This document shows positions 12,009 through 26,415 of a DNA stretch of 64,000 bases, one piece after another. Source of the stretch: Amoebidium appalachense (lineage: Eukaryota > Protista > Ichthyosporea). The first letter of the stretch is position 1; the number at the start of each line of letters is the position of its first letter. The DNA lies in the NCBI GenBank assembly GCA_963693365.1, contig CAVNZM010000015.1, forward strand, positions 4,285,502 to 4,349,501. Direction: 5' to 3'. A program made the translations under genes and the position numbers. The notes under the pieces are model-generated. The model worked only from the letters and a program-made list of their open reading frames with translations, ran no database searches and was not told the DNA's origin.

Positions 12009-13280
12009 CTGAATTAGAGAACTAGGTTAGAATGCGATGTTGAAAGCTATGAAGTCCAAAGAATGCCCCAGGTCCGCACAAAGGCATGAACGAGTCCAGC
12101 CTATGCTCTGAAGGTCGATGCGCACGTCAAACGATGTTTACCATAGATATAGCAGAGAAAAGAAGTAGACGTACAGTGTGAAAAAAAAAGACAAGTCTTC
12201 TTGTAGCATGAAAGAGTCCGGGGATAAGCTGTTGGTCCTTTTTCTCGTTTCCCGGATCGAGAGAGCATAGTGTTGAAGCATAGTGTTTTCCAAAATCGTT
12301 CATGAAGATATCTTGTTGTACCTTTATCGGAGAATAGCCGTCAAAGAAACTGCGAGATATGCGGTGTAGTCACTTTCTTCCTGTTCTCTTCTCTTTCCTG
12401 TTCTCTCAAAGCCACAAAGAGCACAAAACGGAAGATAGTGCTGCTTGGGCCGATCGCCACTTTGGACCGAAAAGTGTGTTGCACCACCGGCTGCTTTCTG
12501 TTATCTATGGAAGCAAAGTGCCCAGTTATAGCTATAAAATACTATGTGTAAGCTGTTATTATAGCTCTATTTTCCATGTTTTTCTTAGTCTACTTCGCAA
12601 TCAGAACCAGACCCAGAACGGCGATAACGGTCAATGCCAGCAGCTTTCAAATGCCGCGCCTTTTGTCCTAAAAATAGCTTTTTACCTATGCCAATGAAAA
12701 ACTACCAAATATAGCTTATCGGTTTATCATGAGGTGGTCACTAGTTTGTAGTCTGCAACAGCTTACGTCATTAGACATCAATTTTACCCTCAATCTATGT
12801 GCATTGTTGGAATTTTTTAGTTTTTATGTTTAGACTACTATCTGAGCCGCTCAAGGTGAAAGGTTCGTTTCTAATATTTAGTTCGTGTTTGTCAGTTGTT
12901 TGGAAGAATATTCAATTGATAATTGATAAAAAGCCTTAACCACCACAACCAAAGCGGGAGGGAAAAGTCGCTATAATGCCTTTTCAATAAAACTCTATTT
13001 TTTTGATGGTTTGTCTTTCACTTATCGAGTTACCTGCGATTGATTCCTCACAGATTCGGTGTGAAGGTTGTGGCGGACGTCAAGCAACAGGCCCACTGTG
13101 TGTGGGCCAAAGCTGTCGTCATTTCAGTCATTCGACAGTTGAAAAACAGCTTTTTGGAATTTATTACGAATTTTCTACCGTTTTGTTTACCAATCCCCCG
13201 CCCTTTCCAATGCTCGGCCTTCCGGCCTCCGTTGTTCAACATCCACACTCACACAACATCATCCACGCACTTACACGAAG
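12009..13280. promoter_or_regulatory. Probable bidirectional promoter / 5' UTR region between divergent genes
   Basis: A ~1.3 kb stretch free of microsatellites between two head-to-head starts. CCAAT at 12691-12695, CRE-like TTACGTCA at 12763-12770, E2F-like GCGGGA at 12954-12959. These motifs are short and could be chance. Confidence 0.5.
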
Positions 13281-14490
13281 ATGGGTGTGCACGGGTTGAC
13301 ACGGACAGTAGATTCACGGCCCAAGGCCTTCTGTGCCTCCCCATCTAAGGGTCCTGAGCCAATACCCCGTGGCTCTCTGCTTATTGTTGACCATTACAGC
13401 ATGCTCTATGAGTTGCTTACCACACAAAGCGCAAACAGCAGTTCAGGCCTGGCTAGTGGGTATGTCCTCCCCCCCACCCCCCCTCCCCCTCCCCCCCCCC
13501 CCCCTCCCCTCCCCCACCCCCTGCCTCCACATTACCCTCGCCCCACCTCCCCCTCCGCCCCTCCGACTTCAAACCCCCCCCCCCCCCCCCCCCTCTTACC
13601 CTGCACCCGTGTAAGAGCAAAGGTTACAAACCTTTTGCAAGCGCAGTGGATGTCTATCCTCCTCTTGCCCCATTTCCTTTTCGGCACATCCGAAGCAAGG
13701 GCGAGGCCTGCATTCTCAGAACCCCCCCTTCCCCCTCCCCCCTACCCCACCCCATCTGTTCCATCCCCCCTCCTTGGCCCTCTCAGGGAAAAATGGAAAG
13801 GTAAGAAGAACACTCATGGCCCATCTGCCATCTCTCCTTTAATTTTCCCTGTGCCACATTCTTGAAACACTCCAGTGTCTGTGTCTGACTCCCGTTTTCC
13901 CCCACACAGGGAGAGCAAGGGCCTTGTTTTCGACCGCCACAAATTATCGCGAGAGCTTCTTATGGAAGCCTGCCTTGGTGGTGATCCAAACCGCCATGAT
14001 GTTGTCTTGACGCATTTCGTCCGCGCGCTGAAATCTTCTGGAATTGAGCTTGTCTGTGTTGTGGATGCGCCAACAGGCACGGGGGGGAGTGAGGCTGCGC
14101 GCTCCGCTGTGTGGAAAACGAGGTTCGAATCCAGACTTGCAGCGTCCTTTTTGCTGGAACAGGCGGCGGTGACAGGTGGAGATTTGGGTGAGTGACTTCT
14201 TATTTTTATTTTTTATTTTATTTTTTTGGGGGATTTTTTATTTTTTATTTTATTTTTTTGGGGGGAGGGTGGGGGGAGAGAGGGGGGAGGGTTTGGGGGG
14301 GGGGGGGGAGGGGGGGGGGGAGATACAAAGGCAAGGTGGTGCATTTTGTGATTAATGTAGTGGCAGATTAATGGGAGTTTTCATTGTCTCTGGCACATGT
14401 GCCCGGTAGTAGTGGGTGGGAAGGGATGAGCCATGGTTGTGAGGGTTCCGTTTTTTGTGTTTCCCCCTCCCCCCCCCGACAAAAAAGAAA

Positions 14491-14562
<72 letters not shown>

Positions 14563-14745
14563 TTCGTCGTGGCCTATCTTCCTGTCTGTATCATAAACAC
14601 ATGCTGATACTCGTAGCCTTTACATCATAATGCCCCCCCCTCCTCCCCTCTCCCCCCTCTTCTCCCCCAAAGGAGGGGGGAGGGGAGAGGGGAGAGGGAA
14701 GGGGGAGTTGGTGGTGATGGTGGTGGTGGTGGTGGTGGTGGTGGT

Positions 14746-14783
<38 letters not shown>

Positions 14784-14853
14784 AACCCAGCCCACCCTTT
14801 AGCGCTGGTGTTATTATGGATGGATGTTTTTTTTTTTTCTTTCCGTGCAAGTG

Positions 14854-14904
<51 letters not shown>

Positions 14905-15573
14905 GGGATGGGGATGGGGTAGATGGTGTGTGTGTGTGTTTGGCGGGGGGGAGGGGGGGGGGGGGAGGGGGGGGGTCTACTATGCTTGCCGTCTGTCCTC
15001 CTCCTCTTCGCCGCCTCCCCATGAGGATTTGCTCTGCTTATAATGCATACTCTTTGTGTGTGGTTTGCACTCTGCATTGTGTTGTCGTTGTGATTGTGTA
15101 CTTCGTATTTTATGACACATTCTACCCCCCCCCCCCCTCCCCCCCCCCCCTCCCTCCCTTCCCCTGCCCGCCCGCCCACCCTTTCCCCCTCACCCCGCCT
15201 CCCCTCCTCCTCATCCCCTTCAACTTCATCAGAGCTATCCTCAACACTCTTCCCTCTCCTCTTCACCGCTCTCCACCCCTCCCATCACACACACACACCA
15301 CATCTGCCCCTTTGTATTACCACCCTAACAACCAACATTCTCGATTTTTCCAGACGATTCCACCATCACAGGTGGTCGCCACCTTCCCGGTTTGGCGGCA
15401 GCACAATCCATCTCCACCCTCCAGCGGTTGGGTGTTGAGGTTGTTCAGTGTACGGATGAAGAGGCTGACCAGAGGTGTTTGGTGCTGCTGCATACACGGC
15501 CAAAGGCGTATGCGGTGCTGTCTGGTGACTCGGATTTCTATGTGCTCAAGGGCTCAAGGTGGGTGGGTGGGTG

Positions 15574-15617
<44 letters not shown>

Positions 15618-15911
15618 GTGTTTTTTTTTTTTTTTTTTTTTTTTTTGGGTGCCCCACGGGGGGGGGGGGGGGGGGGGGGGGGGGGTATTGTTGTTGTTAT
15701 TCGAGTGTTTTTGTCAGTGATTATTTATTTTAGTATAATTATGAATGTTGATGTTGTTGTTAGTTTATTATCATCATATAATAATACAGTATAATAGTGT
15801 CGTCATATTTGTCTTTTTTTTTTGTTGTTGTTCAGAGAAGGCTCTCGAGGGCTCAGGGTGGAGGTCCCCCCCGCCCCCCCAAATATCCGTTTATTTATAA
15901 ATTTATATGTT

Positions 15912-15973
<62 letters not shown>

Positions 15974-16721
15974 CGTGTGTGCGTGCGTGTGTGTGTGTGT
16001 GTGTGGTGGTGGTGGGTGGGGAGAGGGGGGGCATGACTACAAACCATGATACAATTTAAATTGTAAAACCATTCCAAGACCTACTTTCTGCAAAAACCTA
16101 CCCCCCTCCCCCTTCTCCTGCAACCTTGCATATCAGACTTGCATATCAGAACAAAATTGTATCAGGAAATGAACTAACAGCGAGTATATGCCATCCAGGT
16201 TCATACCCTGGGACTATTTCAACTGGGAGGATGGTAAAATAACAGGTACCCTCTTTACCCCTGAAAGTGTCGCACGTGGCCTAAACCTCCTACCGGCCCA
16301 ACTTCCCGATTTTGCGGCTCTGTGTGGTACGGATCTCACATCACACCACCTCCGCGAAACTGGTCTTATGTCCGATTTGGTCCTGGCGTGTGGTCGCGAA
16401 TCTCGTCTCCCAGTCGATGCGAAAGCGGTCGCGCGATTCGTTCGCTTGATCGCTCCCGGAGGTCTTTTGTCCAATCAAATCGTTCAAGAAACGGTTAAAA
16501 AGCACCCGTCATTGGGCGTCGCGATTCAGGATAATACCCAGTTTTTCTCCGGATCGGGGTTCAGCTTGGCGAAAATGCGGATCGGTATTGAGGAGGAATC
16601 GAGAGAATTGATGGTGAGATCTCTGTTGAAGGACATAAGGGATCTGAAGGTTTCTCCGACTGTGCTTGTGTGGTTCGTCTAACCCCCCCCCCCCCCCCCC
16701 CCCGGTCCCGCCTCACAGACA

Positions 16722-16789
<68 letters not shown>

Positions 16790-17158
16790 AATTCATTTCA
16801 TTTTCATGAGCACCAGCACCAGCACCACCCCAAACTTTACCACAAACACGGGCCTGTACTATCACACGTTCGCTTGTGAAGTTCACACTTTTGGCTCCCA
16901 CACACTCAGCAACCCTAAAAGAATAATTATGTTATACCCCAATACAAAAGCCAACAACAATTAAAAGGTTCCTCCTCTGACAACCAACCTTTCTTTGGGC
17001 ATCCATGGGGGCGAACACACATGCACACACACACACATGCACACAAACACACAAACACACACGGAACACACGGACCTGCATTCGTATCATTTAGCAATAT
17101 AAACACTCATCATGTCCTTGTATCGTGATCACATGTTTGATGGATATGCGCGCGCGCA

Positions 17159-17218
<60 letters not shown>

Positions 17219-17920
17219 ATCACAACCAGACAACCACACACACACAAAACAAACACTAAAAACTAAAAACTAAAAACTAAAAACTAAAATTAAAATTGCC
17301 CAATACAGGTTGGAAGACCAAGCATTCTGGGGCACAACATCTGCCGAGGGCATCAGTTTCTCAAGCGGCGACGACGCTAACGTGACCTGTGACCAATTGC
17401 ACGCGCTTAATCGCGCTTTGGTATTCGGCATGCTTGGGGTGGACCACTACGCGCAACATATTGCACACGGTGATCGGCTGGAGGTTCAGAATGTGAGGTT
17501 AAGGCTGGAGCCAATCAAATCGGGGCCTGGTTATGGGGTCGCGGTGACGGTGGTTGGGGAGAATTGGGTGCATGCGGGTGCAGGTGAGTGGGTGGGTGTG
17601 GATGGGCATGGGTGTGTGTGTGTGGGGGGGGGGGGGGGGGGGGGGGGGAGTTGAGGGTGGATGTTGGTGCGTGGGTGGTGGTGGATATGCGGGTGTGGGT
17701 AGGTGGGTGGTCACATGTGGTGAGAATGGGTGTTCTGGAGAGGGAAGGGTGTGTGTGTGTGTGGTGGTGGTTGTGGGGATGGAGGGGGGGTAGATAATAC
17801 ATGTTGGGAGGTGATTGTGACATTGGGTCGGGAGGGGGCAGGGGGAAAGGGGAAGGGGACAGCACTGGTGCAGTCTGTCCCTGGTCTATTTTGAAACCTG
17901 ATGGGTATGTGTGTGTGTGT

Positions 17921-17954
<34 letters not shown>

Positions 17955-18439
17955 ATGTGCTTTTGCATGTGCGAGCATGTGTTTATAGCACTTGTTGGTA
18001 AGCCCCCCCCCCCCCCCCCCCCCCCCCTTTTCCCCTCTACCCCCCCCCCCCCCCTTTTCCCCTCTGCCCGCCACCCCCTCCCGCCGCCTCCTTTCTCTCA
18101 CGTTGTTCTTTCTTTTCCCCACCATTTTCCTTAACCTCGCAGCAAATGCACCTGACCGTTCTGACTACCGATTTCTTTGTTTTTTCCCCTTCCTTCCTTT
18201 TTTTCGTTTCTTTTTTTCTTTCTGTGTGCGCAGGTCATTGGACACCGCAGCTTCACGAGGTGCCCACACTTAGCCGCAGTCAGCGTCTGAGGGGCCTGCA
18301 TGCCCATTCATGTGTGCACCTGCCCGGGTTGGACTATGACACGGACCCCCTGTTCAATGTGCTCGACAAACGGTACGTTCTCCCCCCCCCACCCCCCTTT
18401 CTCTGGGAGGTTCTCCCTTCTTTTTTTTAATCCGCGCCT

Positions 18440-18473
<34 letters not shown>

Positions 18474-18587
18474 TATCCCCCTCTTCCCCCCTGCCCGCCC
18501 CCGCTCCCCCTCTCCGCCTCTTTTCTTTCATCCGCCCTTTTGCCCACCTACCCCCCTATTCCCTCCCTCCCCTCCCCTTTCCCAACA

Positions 18588-18657
<70 letters not shown>

Positions 18658-18955
18658 AAAAAAAAAAAAGGGGGGGGGGGGGCAAAACTGTGGAGTCCTG
18701 GTCTTGTGAGTTTGTATGCTTATATTTCGTGCTTACTCCTTGCGGCTGAAACCTGAAAACCGGGCACTTGTTCCTGTGTTTCCTTTCTGCTGCCGGCTTT
18801 CATTTATAAGTAACCGTGATAGGCTCTACTTCTGTCATATGCTTTGTGGTGGGGTGTGCATTTTCTAGGCTCTACTTCTGTCATATGCTTTGTGGTGGGG
18901 TGTGCATTTTCTCTTCTCAGTATGCATTTGTACTTATTGCTGTGTAACATACTCA

Positions 18956-19002
<47 letters not shown>

Positions 19003-19058
19003 ACACAGCCACCCACCCACACACACACATACACTCACTCAGCTCACTCACTCACGGA

Positions 19059-19112
<54 letters not shown>

Positions 19113-19167
19113 GTGCTCCCACCCCCTCCCCACACACGTACACACACAAACGCACCCCGACTCCCCC

Positions 19168-19198
<31 letters not shown>

Positions 19199-20413
19199 AC
19201 ACACACGTACAGGCTGTGGTTCTCATGCCTGGTACTCCGCCACGTCATATCCCTTCGGCAGCTCACCTTCTCCGAATTCAGCGCCCTCCTATGGATGACG
19301 TTATTCGCCCTCGACGGTAACATAAATTCGCTCCCGAATTTCATTTTTACCGGTAAAAACCCGCGACTCAGCCCGCGCGCGATCCGCGCACAGGCAATTC
19401 TCGCATCAACGTGGAAACAATTGCGCCTAGTCGCGACACTTTTGCAACTCGGTGATATAATCCACGAACCGAAAAGATATTTCAACCCCCGCCTTCTTCT
19501 CATTTTGCACAAATGGCGCGGTATTGTACCCCACGACGCTCTAGGCCCCGATACGGAACGCCTCCGAACACTTCACGCACTTTGCTACTACACAATCACC
19601 ACCAGTTTGCAATCGGTGAATCTGGCCTACGGTGCTTACGGGTGGTTTCGGGCCGAATACATGGATACAATCTTTCCCGGTTCGGCCCGTCAAAACCTTT
19701 ACGGGTCGGATGAGGATGACCCGGAAATCGGGGACGTTTCATTGGATCCGGAGCTGGTTTTGGAAGCGGTTGCAAGCGCGCACGTCCTTCCAGAAGATCG
19801 CGATTCGCCCACTCAACCAATCACAGATGACGAATTATATTACAACAGAGACGCGGCACCGCCACCCCTTCTGATTGGAGGAAGGCGGACGTCGAAGGAT
19901 GTGCATGTCCCCACGCGCCTGCCGATTCACGATCACGAGGATTTGATTATGTCGGAGATCGAGGGATATCGTGTTACTTGCATACAGGTATTGCCCCTGA
20001 CCACCCCCCCCCCCCCAAAAAAAAAAACAAAAAAAAAAACAATAAATTAAATTAAGTTAAAAAAAAAAAAAATTGGAGCCTCGGCTCACATCATGGGCGG
20101 CTTGTGATGTGTCTTTGAAGTTTATTCAACCTCCTTCTCCTGTCCATCTATACAAATTTAAACCTCACCTCTTTAATCGAAAGACGGGTGGGTGAATGTG
20201 TTACCTGTCTGTCTGGCGCTGCCGCTTTCCGTTTCCAGCCTGTTTGTTCGTCTGGGGTGCACGTACATGCGTGCTTGTCTCCTTCTTACTTCCCAAACAT
20301 AATCAAAGCACATCTGTGCGCTGGCTTTCAACCCACACACATCCTCTATCTCTCTGACTCACACACACACACATTCACACACACGCACGTGTCGCTCACG
20401 AGCATGCGCGCGT

Positions 20414-20489
<76 letters not shown>

Positions 20490-21485
20490 GTACACACACA
20501 CACACTTGCAGGGCGAGACTGGCTGCGGCAAATCCTCTGTTGTCCCCCAACTCATCTACCGTCACGCAAAAGCCCGCGGGCAACCCGTTCGCATCATCGT
20601 TTCACAACCGAGAAGAATCGCCGCCATACAACTTGCGCGCCGCGTAGCGCAGGAACTCGGAGAAAAGGACGTCGGTGGGGTCATTGGATATCGAATTTCC
20701 ATGGAGAAAACTACGGGAAAAGATACGGACATTACGTTTGCGACGACGGGTTATCTCCTTGAATGGTTTGCTCACAACCCGCACCAAGTGGATCAGTGCA
20801 CTCACCTCGTTTTGGACGAGATACACGAACGGAGCGTGGATATGGATTTGTTGTGTCTTCTCGTGAAAAAAAGAATGATGGAAATGGGGGGGTCTGAAAA
20901 CAACAACGGCGGAGGAGGAGGGGGGTTCAAACTCGTTTTGATGTCAGCGACCCTGGAGGTGGATTTGTATAAGGATTACTTTTGCGACGTGGAAGAGAAT
21001 GTGGTTGGGGAAGGGGAAAGAAGGGATATTTGCGTTGGCGCAAGACGTTTTCCTATCACCACCGTTTATCTGGACCAATTGTCTCAAGGGTCGGTGGAGG
21101 GGGAAGCCGCGTCGTTGCTAGGAAGAGCGACAAAGGCCCAATGGAAAATCGTCGCTCGGGAGGCGGGTAAATTGGCGGGACAGTTTGAAAAAGCGGTGAG
21201 GGACGAGAAGTTGAAAGCAGAGGCTTTGCCTGGGCAGTATCGTCTGGCTCTGTTGCTGGCGTTGGCGTGTGCACAGCCGGGTGATTGTGTGCTGGTGTTT
21301 TTGCCTGGAGAGGTATGTATGGCTATTTTTTTTGTGCGAATTCGGGCTGTGTTTGTTTGCTTTTGTACGTATGTGTATCTGTCAATGTACATGTGTGTGC
21401 GTGTTTGTGTGTGTGTATCTGTGTGCCCAGCCGAGTGAGTGTATGCTGGTGCTTTTGCCTGGAAAGGCTGTGAGGGATAGGGTGT

Positions 21486-21556
<71 letters not shown>

Positions 21557-21621
21557 TATGGTTTGTTCCTTGGTGTGTGTTACGGGTAGGAGGTGGTGCA
21601 GGAGGGGCCGGGACGGGCGCG

Positions 21622-21654
<33 letters not shown>

Positions 21655-22629
21655 TGTGTTGGTAGATATATATGCCTGTTCCATTTGTTTGTGTTTGTCT
21701 ATGCCTGCCTGTGCAGTGTACACATAAAAAACTTGCAGTTAGCAGCACTCATACCAGTGCTCTGTTTCAGGCGGAGATCACGTGCATGATGGAGCATCTA
21801 GAGGAAGTGAGCCCTGGTGCCACAGACATTTGTCTGCTGGTGTTGCACTCAATGTCCCCCAGAGAGGAGCATGAGGCTGCTTTTGCTCCTGCACCCCCTG
21901 GTAATAATCCCCCCCTCCCCCCCCCCCCCCCCCCCCCCCTCCCCTCGGCCCCGAAAAATATGTATGGGGTACACACAGAGACAGACACAGAGAGAGGGGG
22001 GAGGGGGGGGGGGGAGGGGGGCACGAAGAAAGAAGAAAGTTAAAGAGGAGAGGGGTGTGTGAGAGAGTGTGTTTTTCCGCATTCCTTGGGGGGGTAGGGG
22101 GGGGGAGACGAGAGATGATGTTAGATATGAAGGGTGGATGGTTGGGAAAGGGAGAATGGGTTGGGGAGAGGGGGTGGGGGAGGGGGGGCACTACAATAAG
22201 CAAGCACTCTGGCTGGTCGTGCTTGGGCCTCTGAAGTCATTCTGCTTCGGCTCGTGGTTTGGGAAAAACCGTTGTTGATTTTACACCTCTCATCATATGT
22301 TGCTTTTTTTTTTACAACCACATCCTCTGCACACACACGCACACACCCACAAGCATTCTCTCGGTCGAGGGCAAACACCCTCCGCCCAGGCGCTCACACA
22401 ACCCCCCCCCCCCCCTCCCCCCCCCCCTCCCCTCCCCCACACACACACACACCACTACACACACACACACACACACATACCACCCCACCCCCCCCCAAAA
22501 AACAAACACCCAAACATTCACCCACCCACCTCCCTCCCTCCCCTCTCCCTCCCCCTCCCTCCCCCACTCCCCCTGCCCCCCACCTCATTCCCACCACCCT
22601 ACCCACCTACCCACCTCCCTCTACTACCC

Positions 22630-22676
<47 letters not shown>

Positions 22677-22729
22677 CCCTCCCACACCCACCTCCCTCCA
22701 CCCACACACCTCCCTCTCCCCCCCCCCCC

Positions 22730-22788
<59 letters not shown>

Positions 22789-22791
22789 ACC

Positions 22792-22828
<37 letters not shown>

Positions 22829-23278
22829 ACCCCACCCCTCCCCCCCCCCCCCCAAACAGGCCAGTGGAAGCTCGTCCTAGCCACCAACATAGCCGAGAGT
22901 AGCATTACAATCCCCGACGTCAAAATGGTCATCGACCTCGGTCTACACCGTAGCCTTGAATACGACAGCGTGAGGGGGATGCAACGCCTAGCCCTGCAAT
23001 GGTGTTCTCTCGCGTCCGCGAAACAGAGGGCCGGGAGGGCGGGTCGTGTGGCGCCCGGGGTTGTGTTTCGGCTGTACACGCAGAGTTTTGCAGAGTATGT
23101 GATGCCTGCCTACGATGTTGCGGAGATATTGTGTACGCCCCTTGAGAGAACAGTCTTAAGGTCTAAGCTGGTGAGTGTATCCCCCCACTCCTCCCCCCCC
23201 CCCCCCCCCCCCCCCCCCTTCCCCCCCCCTCTCTCTCCTCTCTCTCTCTCTCTCTCCTCTCTCTCTCGCCTCTCTCTC

Positions 23279-23325
<47 letters not shown>

Positions 23326-23972
23326 TTTCTTCCCTCTCGGGATGGGGGATGGTCCTGCTTGTGATGGGCACTTAAAGACTGCAATGTTGTACCTCGTGAA
23401 TGGTGTACTTCGTACTATATAACACATTTTCTACCCCCCCCCCCCCCCCCCCCCTCCCCCGGAGGATTGTTGCATATAACATCGAGACCTAATGCAAAGG
23501 GAGTGGAATATGTATTTAAATATGTAGGTAGGGTGGGGGGGGGGGGGGGGGGGGGGGGGGAGGGGGGGGGGGGGGGGGGGGGGGGGGTGGGGGGGGGGGG
23601 GGGTGGGGGGAACGACGTAAATCGAGGAGGAAATACTCACCCTTATCCCCTCCCTCGCTTCCCCCTCCCCCCTTCCCCCTTACTTCCTGCCCCCCCAGCT
23701 CATGCCCACCGAACACACTGCCGATCTTCTCTCTCAAGCCATCAGCCCCCCCTCCACCGAGAGCCTCGCAGCCACCCTTCACAAACTGTTTGAATTGGGC
23801 GCCGTTTCCTCGCCCAATGAGGAGGAGTCTCGGGTAACCTTTTTCGGTAAGATGGCCGGGAGGTTCCCTGTGGATCTGCCTCTCGTCAAGGTGATCATTT
23901 TGGCTGTGAGAGAGGGTATGGCCTGCGAGGGGGCGGTTTTGGCTGCGGCTTGTGCGGCACAGGTAACATTTC

Positions 23973-24008
<36 letters not shown>

Positions 24009-24980
24009 CCCCCCCCTATGGCTTGCATTTTGCATCGTGTTATCCGTTTGTTCTTGTGTACTTCGTACTTTTTGACGCGCTCAAACCCCCCCCCCCCCCC
24101 CTCACTCCTCTCCCTTCTAAACCCCCCCCCCCCCCCTCCCCCCCCCCCTCCTGCCCCCCCTGCTACTCGACTTGCACCAGCAAATACGCTGGGCTAGATA
24201 AGATGAACTCTGTTTCTGCTGTATATTGTGTTTTGTTTGCATTCCATGTGACGTTTTCCCGGATTTTCTTGTTGTGTCGCTGAGAATTTCCGTTGCATAT
24301 TCACGAATATCCCTGCATAATAATGTATATCCCCTTCACAATCACGACGCCCTCTCACATAATCACCAATATTCCCGACACAACCGTGTATTCGGAAGCA
24401 TGTTCAAATCTTCTTTACGCAACCACGACCTTTTTAGCAATTATCACTAACTTCCCCCACACTGTTACTGCTAACATTCACTTACCTCTTTGAGCCAGTG
24501 TTAGGGCGATACTCTATTTTTGAGTCGATATTCATGAGTTTCCTCAACCCACTCACGATAGCCTACATATCCCCTATCGCACCCTACACAACCACAATCT
24601 CTCGCGCCCAGACAAATCACGATTCTCCCCACACCACACACAACCATACATCCTTCTTAACATCACCTTCCACCTTTCTCACAGGACATATTCCTACTTC
24701 CATCCGAACATTTTCTTCGCGACCGCTTTGAATACGTCAGCAAGCAGATGGAGTCATACACTGCACGCTGCCACTTTGACCAAGGCCGCTACTCTGAGCC
24801 ATTCATGTACATGGAGGTGTTCCGTCAGTGGATTCATGTATCATCTGCTAGCACAAACCAGCAAAATGGTACATATACCTCCCTCTGCGACTACACATAG
24901 CCACTACCCCGTCCCCCACCCCACCACACACACACATATGCACACACACGCGCACACTCTCTCTCTCGGGAAAAAAAGGA

Positions 24981-25012
<32 letters not shown>

Positions 25013-25474
25013 GAGATACAAAAGGTTGAGGGAGGGGGGGGGGGGGGGGGGAGGGGGGGGGGTGGCAAGGGGGGGAAATAAGGGAAAAGAAAAGCGAAGA
25101 CGAGGACGATATTGGAAAGAAAGAAGAGGAAAAGAGAAGAAAGAAGGAAACGAAAAAACGAAAACATAAGGAAAGAAATGTGCTTGTGTGGTGCTGACAA
25201 CACGACACGTAAACTCTTGCCTCGCCCTCCCTCCCTCCCTCCCCTTCACCCAACCCCTCCCCCCACTCCCACTCAGCTTCTCACTTTTTTAAACACACAT
25301 GCCCACTCACGCACACAACACACGTCCCCATCGCTTCTCCTTCCCTTCTTGTGCCATACGCACTCACTCACTCATTCACCCACCAATCCGCTCACTCACT
25401 CAAGTCACACACTGTCTCACTCCAACCCCCCCCCCCCCCCCCCCCCCTCGTCCCCTTCCTCCCCCCTTCCCCCC

Positions 25475-25516
<42 letters not shown>

Positions 25517-26245
25517 CACGGGCAGCAAGCTCCGCCTCCTTAAATGGGAACAGTCACACGCCATCCACTCCAAGCGAATGCGCCAATTCGCTCATCTCGT
25601 CTCCCACCTTTGCGATCGGATCTCCGAAGTTCTCCGAACGTACCCGGCCCCCCTGGGTGGGCCCCAGATCGCACAACCAGCAATACGAGATCTTTCCATT
25701 CTGTCGGCTCTAGCGTTGGGAAAGGGAAAGCAACCCCCCGCACCCAAAGACATTTTGTTAACGGGTGGGGGGGAGGGTATGAGGTTTGTGATGGCGGCTG
25801 CGTGTGCGCCGTTATTTATTGTCGGAAGGGCGAAAGCGGGTGCTGTTTTGAAGGATGTGGGCGGGGATGCGAACATTGCCCGAAGGTCGATTCTGATTAC
25901 TCCTGGAAAGGTAATAATTCTGGTTGTGCGCCAGCGTGTGCACTCACCACAACTACAACCCAAAAGAAAAGATACACACATACGTACATTCACGCACACG
26001 CATTCGAGCATACAGGAGCACAAACACGCACACACGTATACACACACACATAACTTCCATTACGAACAAGCCATCTCAGAACTTTCATGTACGGATGTGC
26101 ACGTGCACCCCACCCAAGCGTGCACACAGACACAGCCAGTTATATTCACATATTAATGTCTCTCTCTCATCCTCATCCTCTCCCCTTCCCGTCTCTCCAC
26201 CTTCACACACACACACACACACACACGCACGCACGGACGCACGCG

Positions 26246-26295
<50 letters not shown>

Positions 26296-26356
26296 CACAC
26301 ACACACTGCGCCCTCCCCCCTCCCCCCCTCCCACACACACACATACACACTGCCCC

Positions 26357-26415
<59 letters not shown>

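Larger units (their letters stand above)
13281..19620 (+). other. N-terminal asteroid/FAM120-like PIN (XPG-N/XPG-I/H3TH) nuclease region of the fusion gene
   Basis: The acidic metal-binding positions of the FEN1/XPG superfamily are all recognisable (IVD, VVD, EEAD, DSD, GTD). An asteroid-like helical extension follows ([25 protein letters not shown]...[11 protein letters not shown]). Confidence 0.85.

Noticed and set aside
14188-15353. Intron-wide fold-back (G..CA..C/G..TG..C) as a general splicing mechanism
   Set aside because: Nested complementarity is visible in this intron but not in most others (16673-17308, 21313-21770, 43105-43943), so it is compatible with chance.
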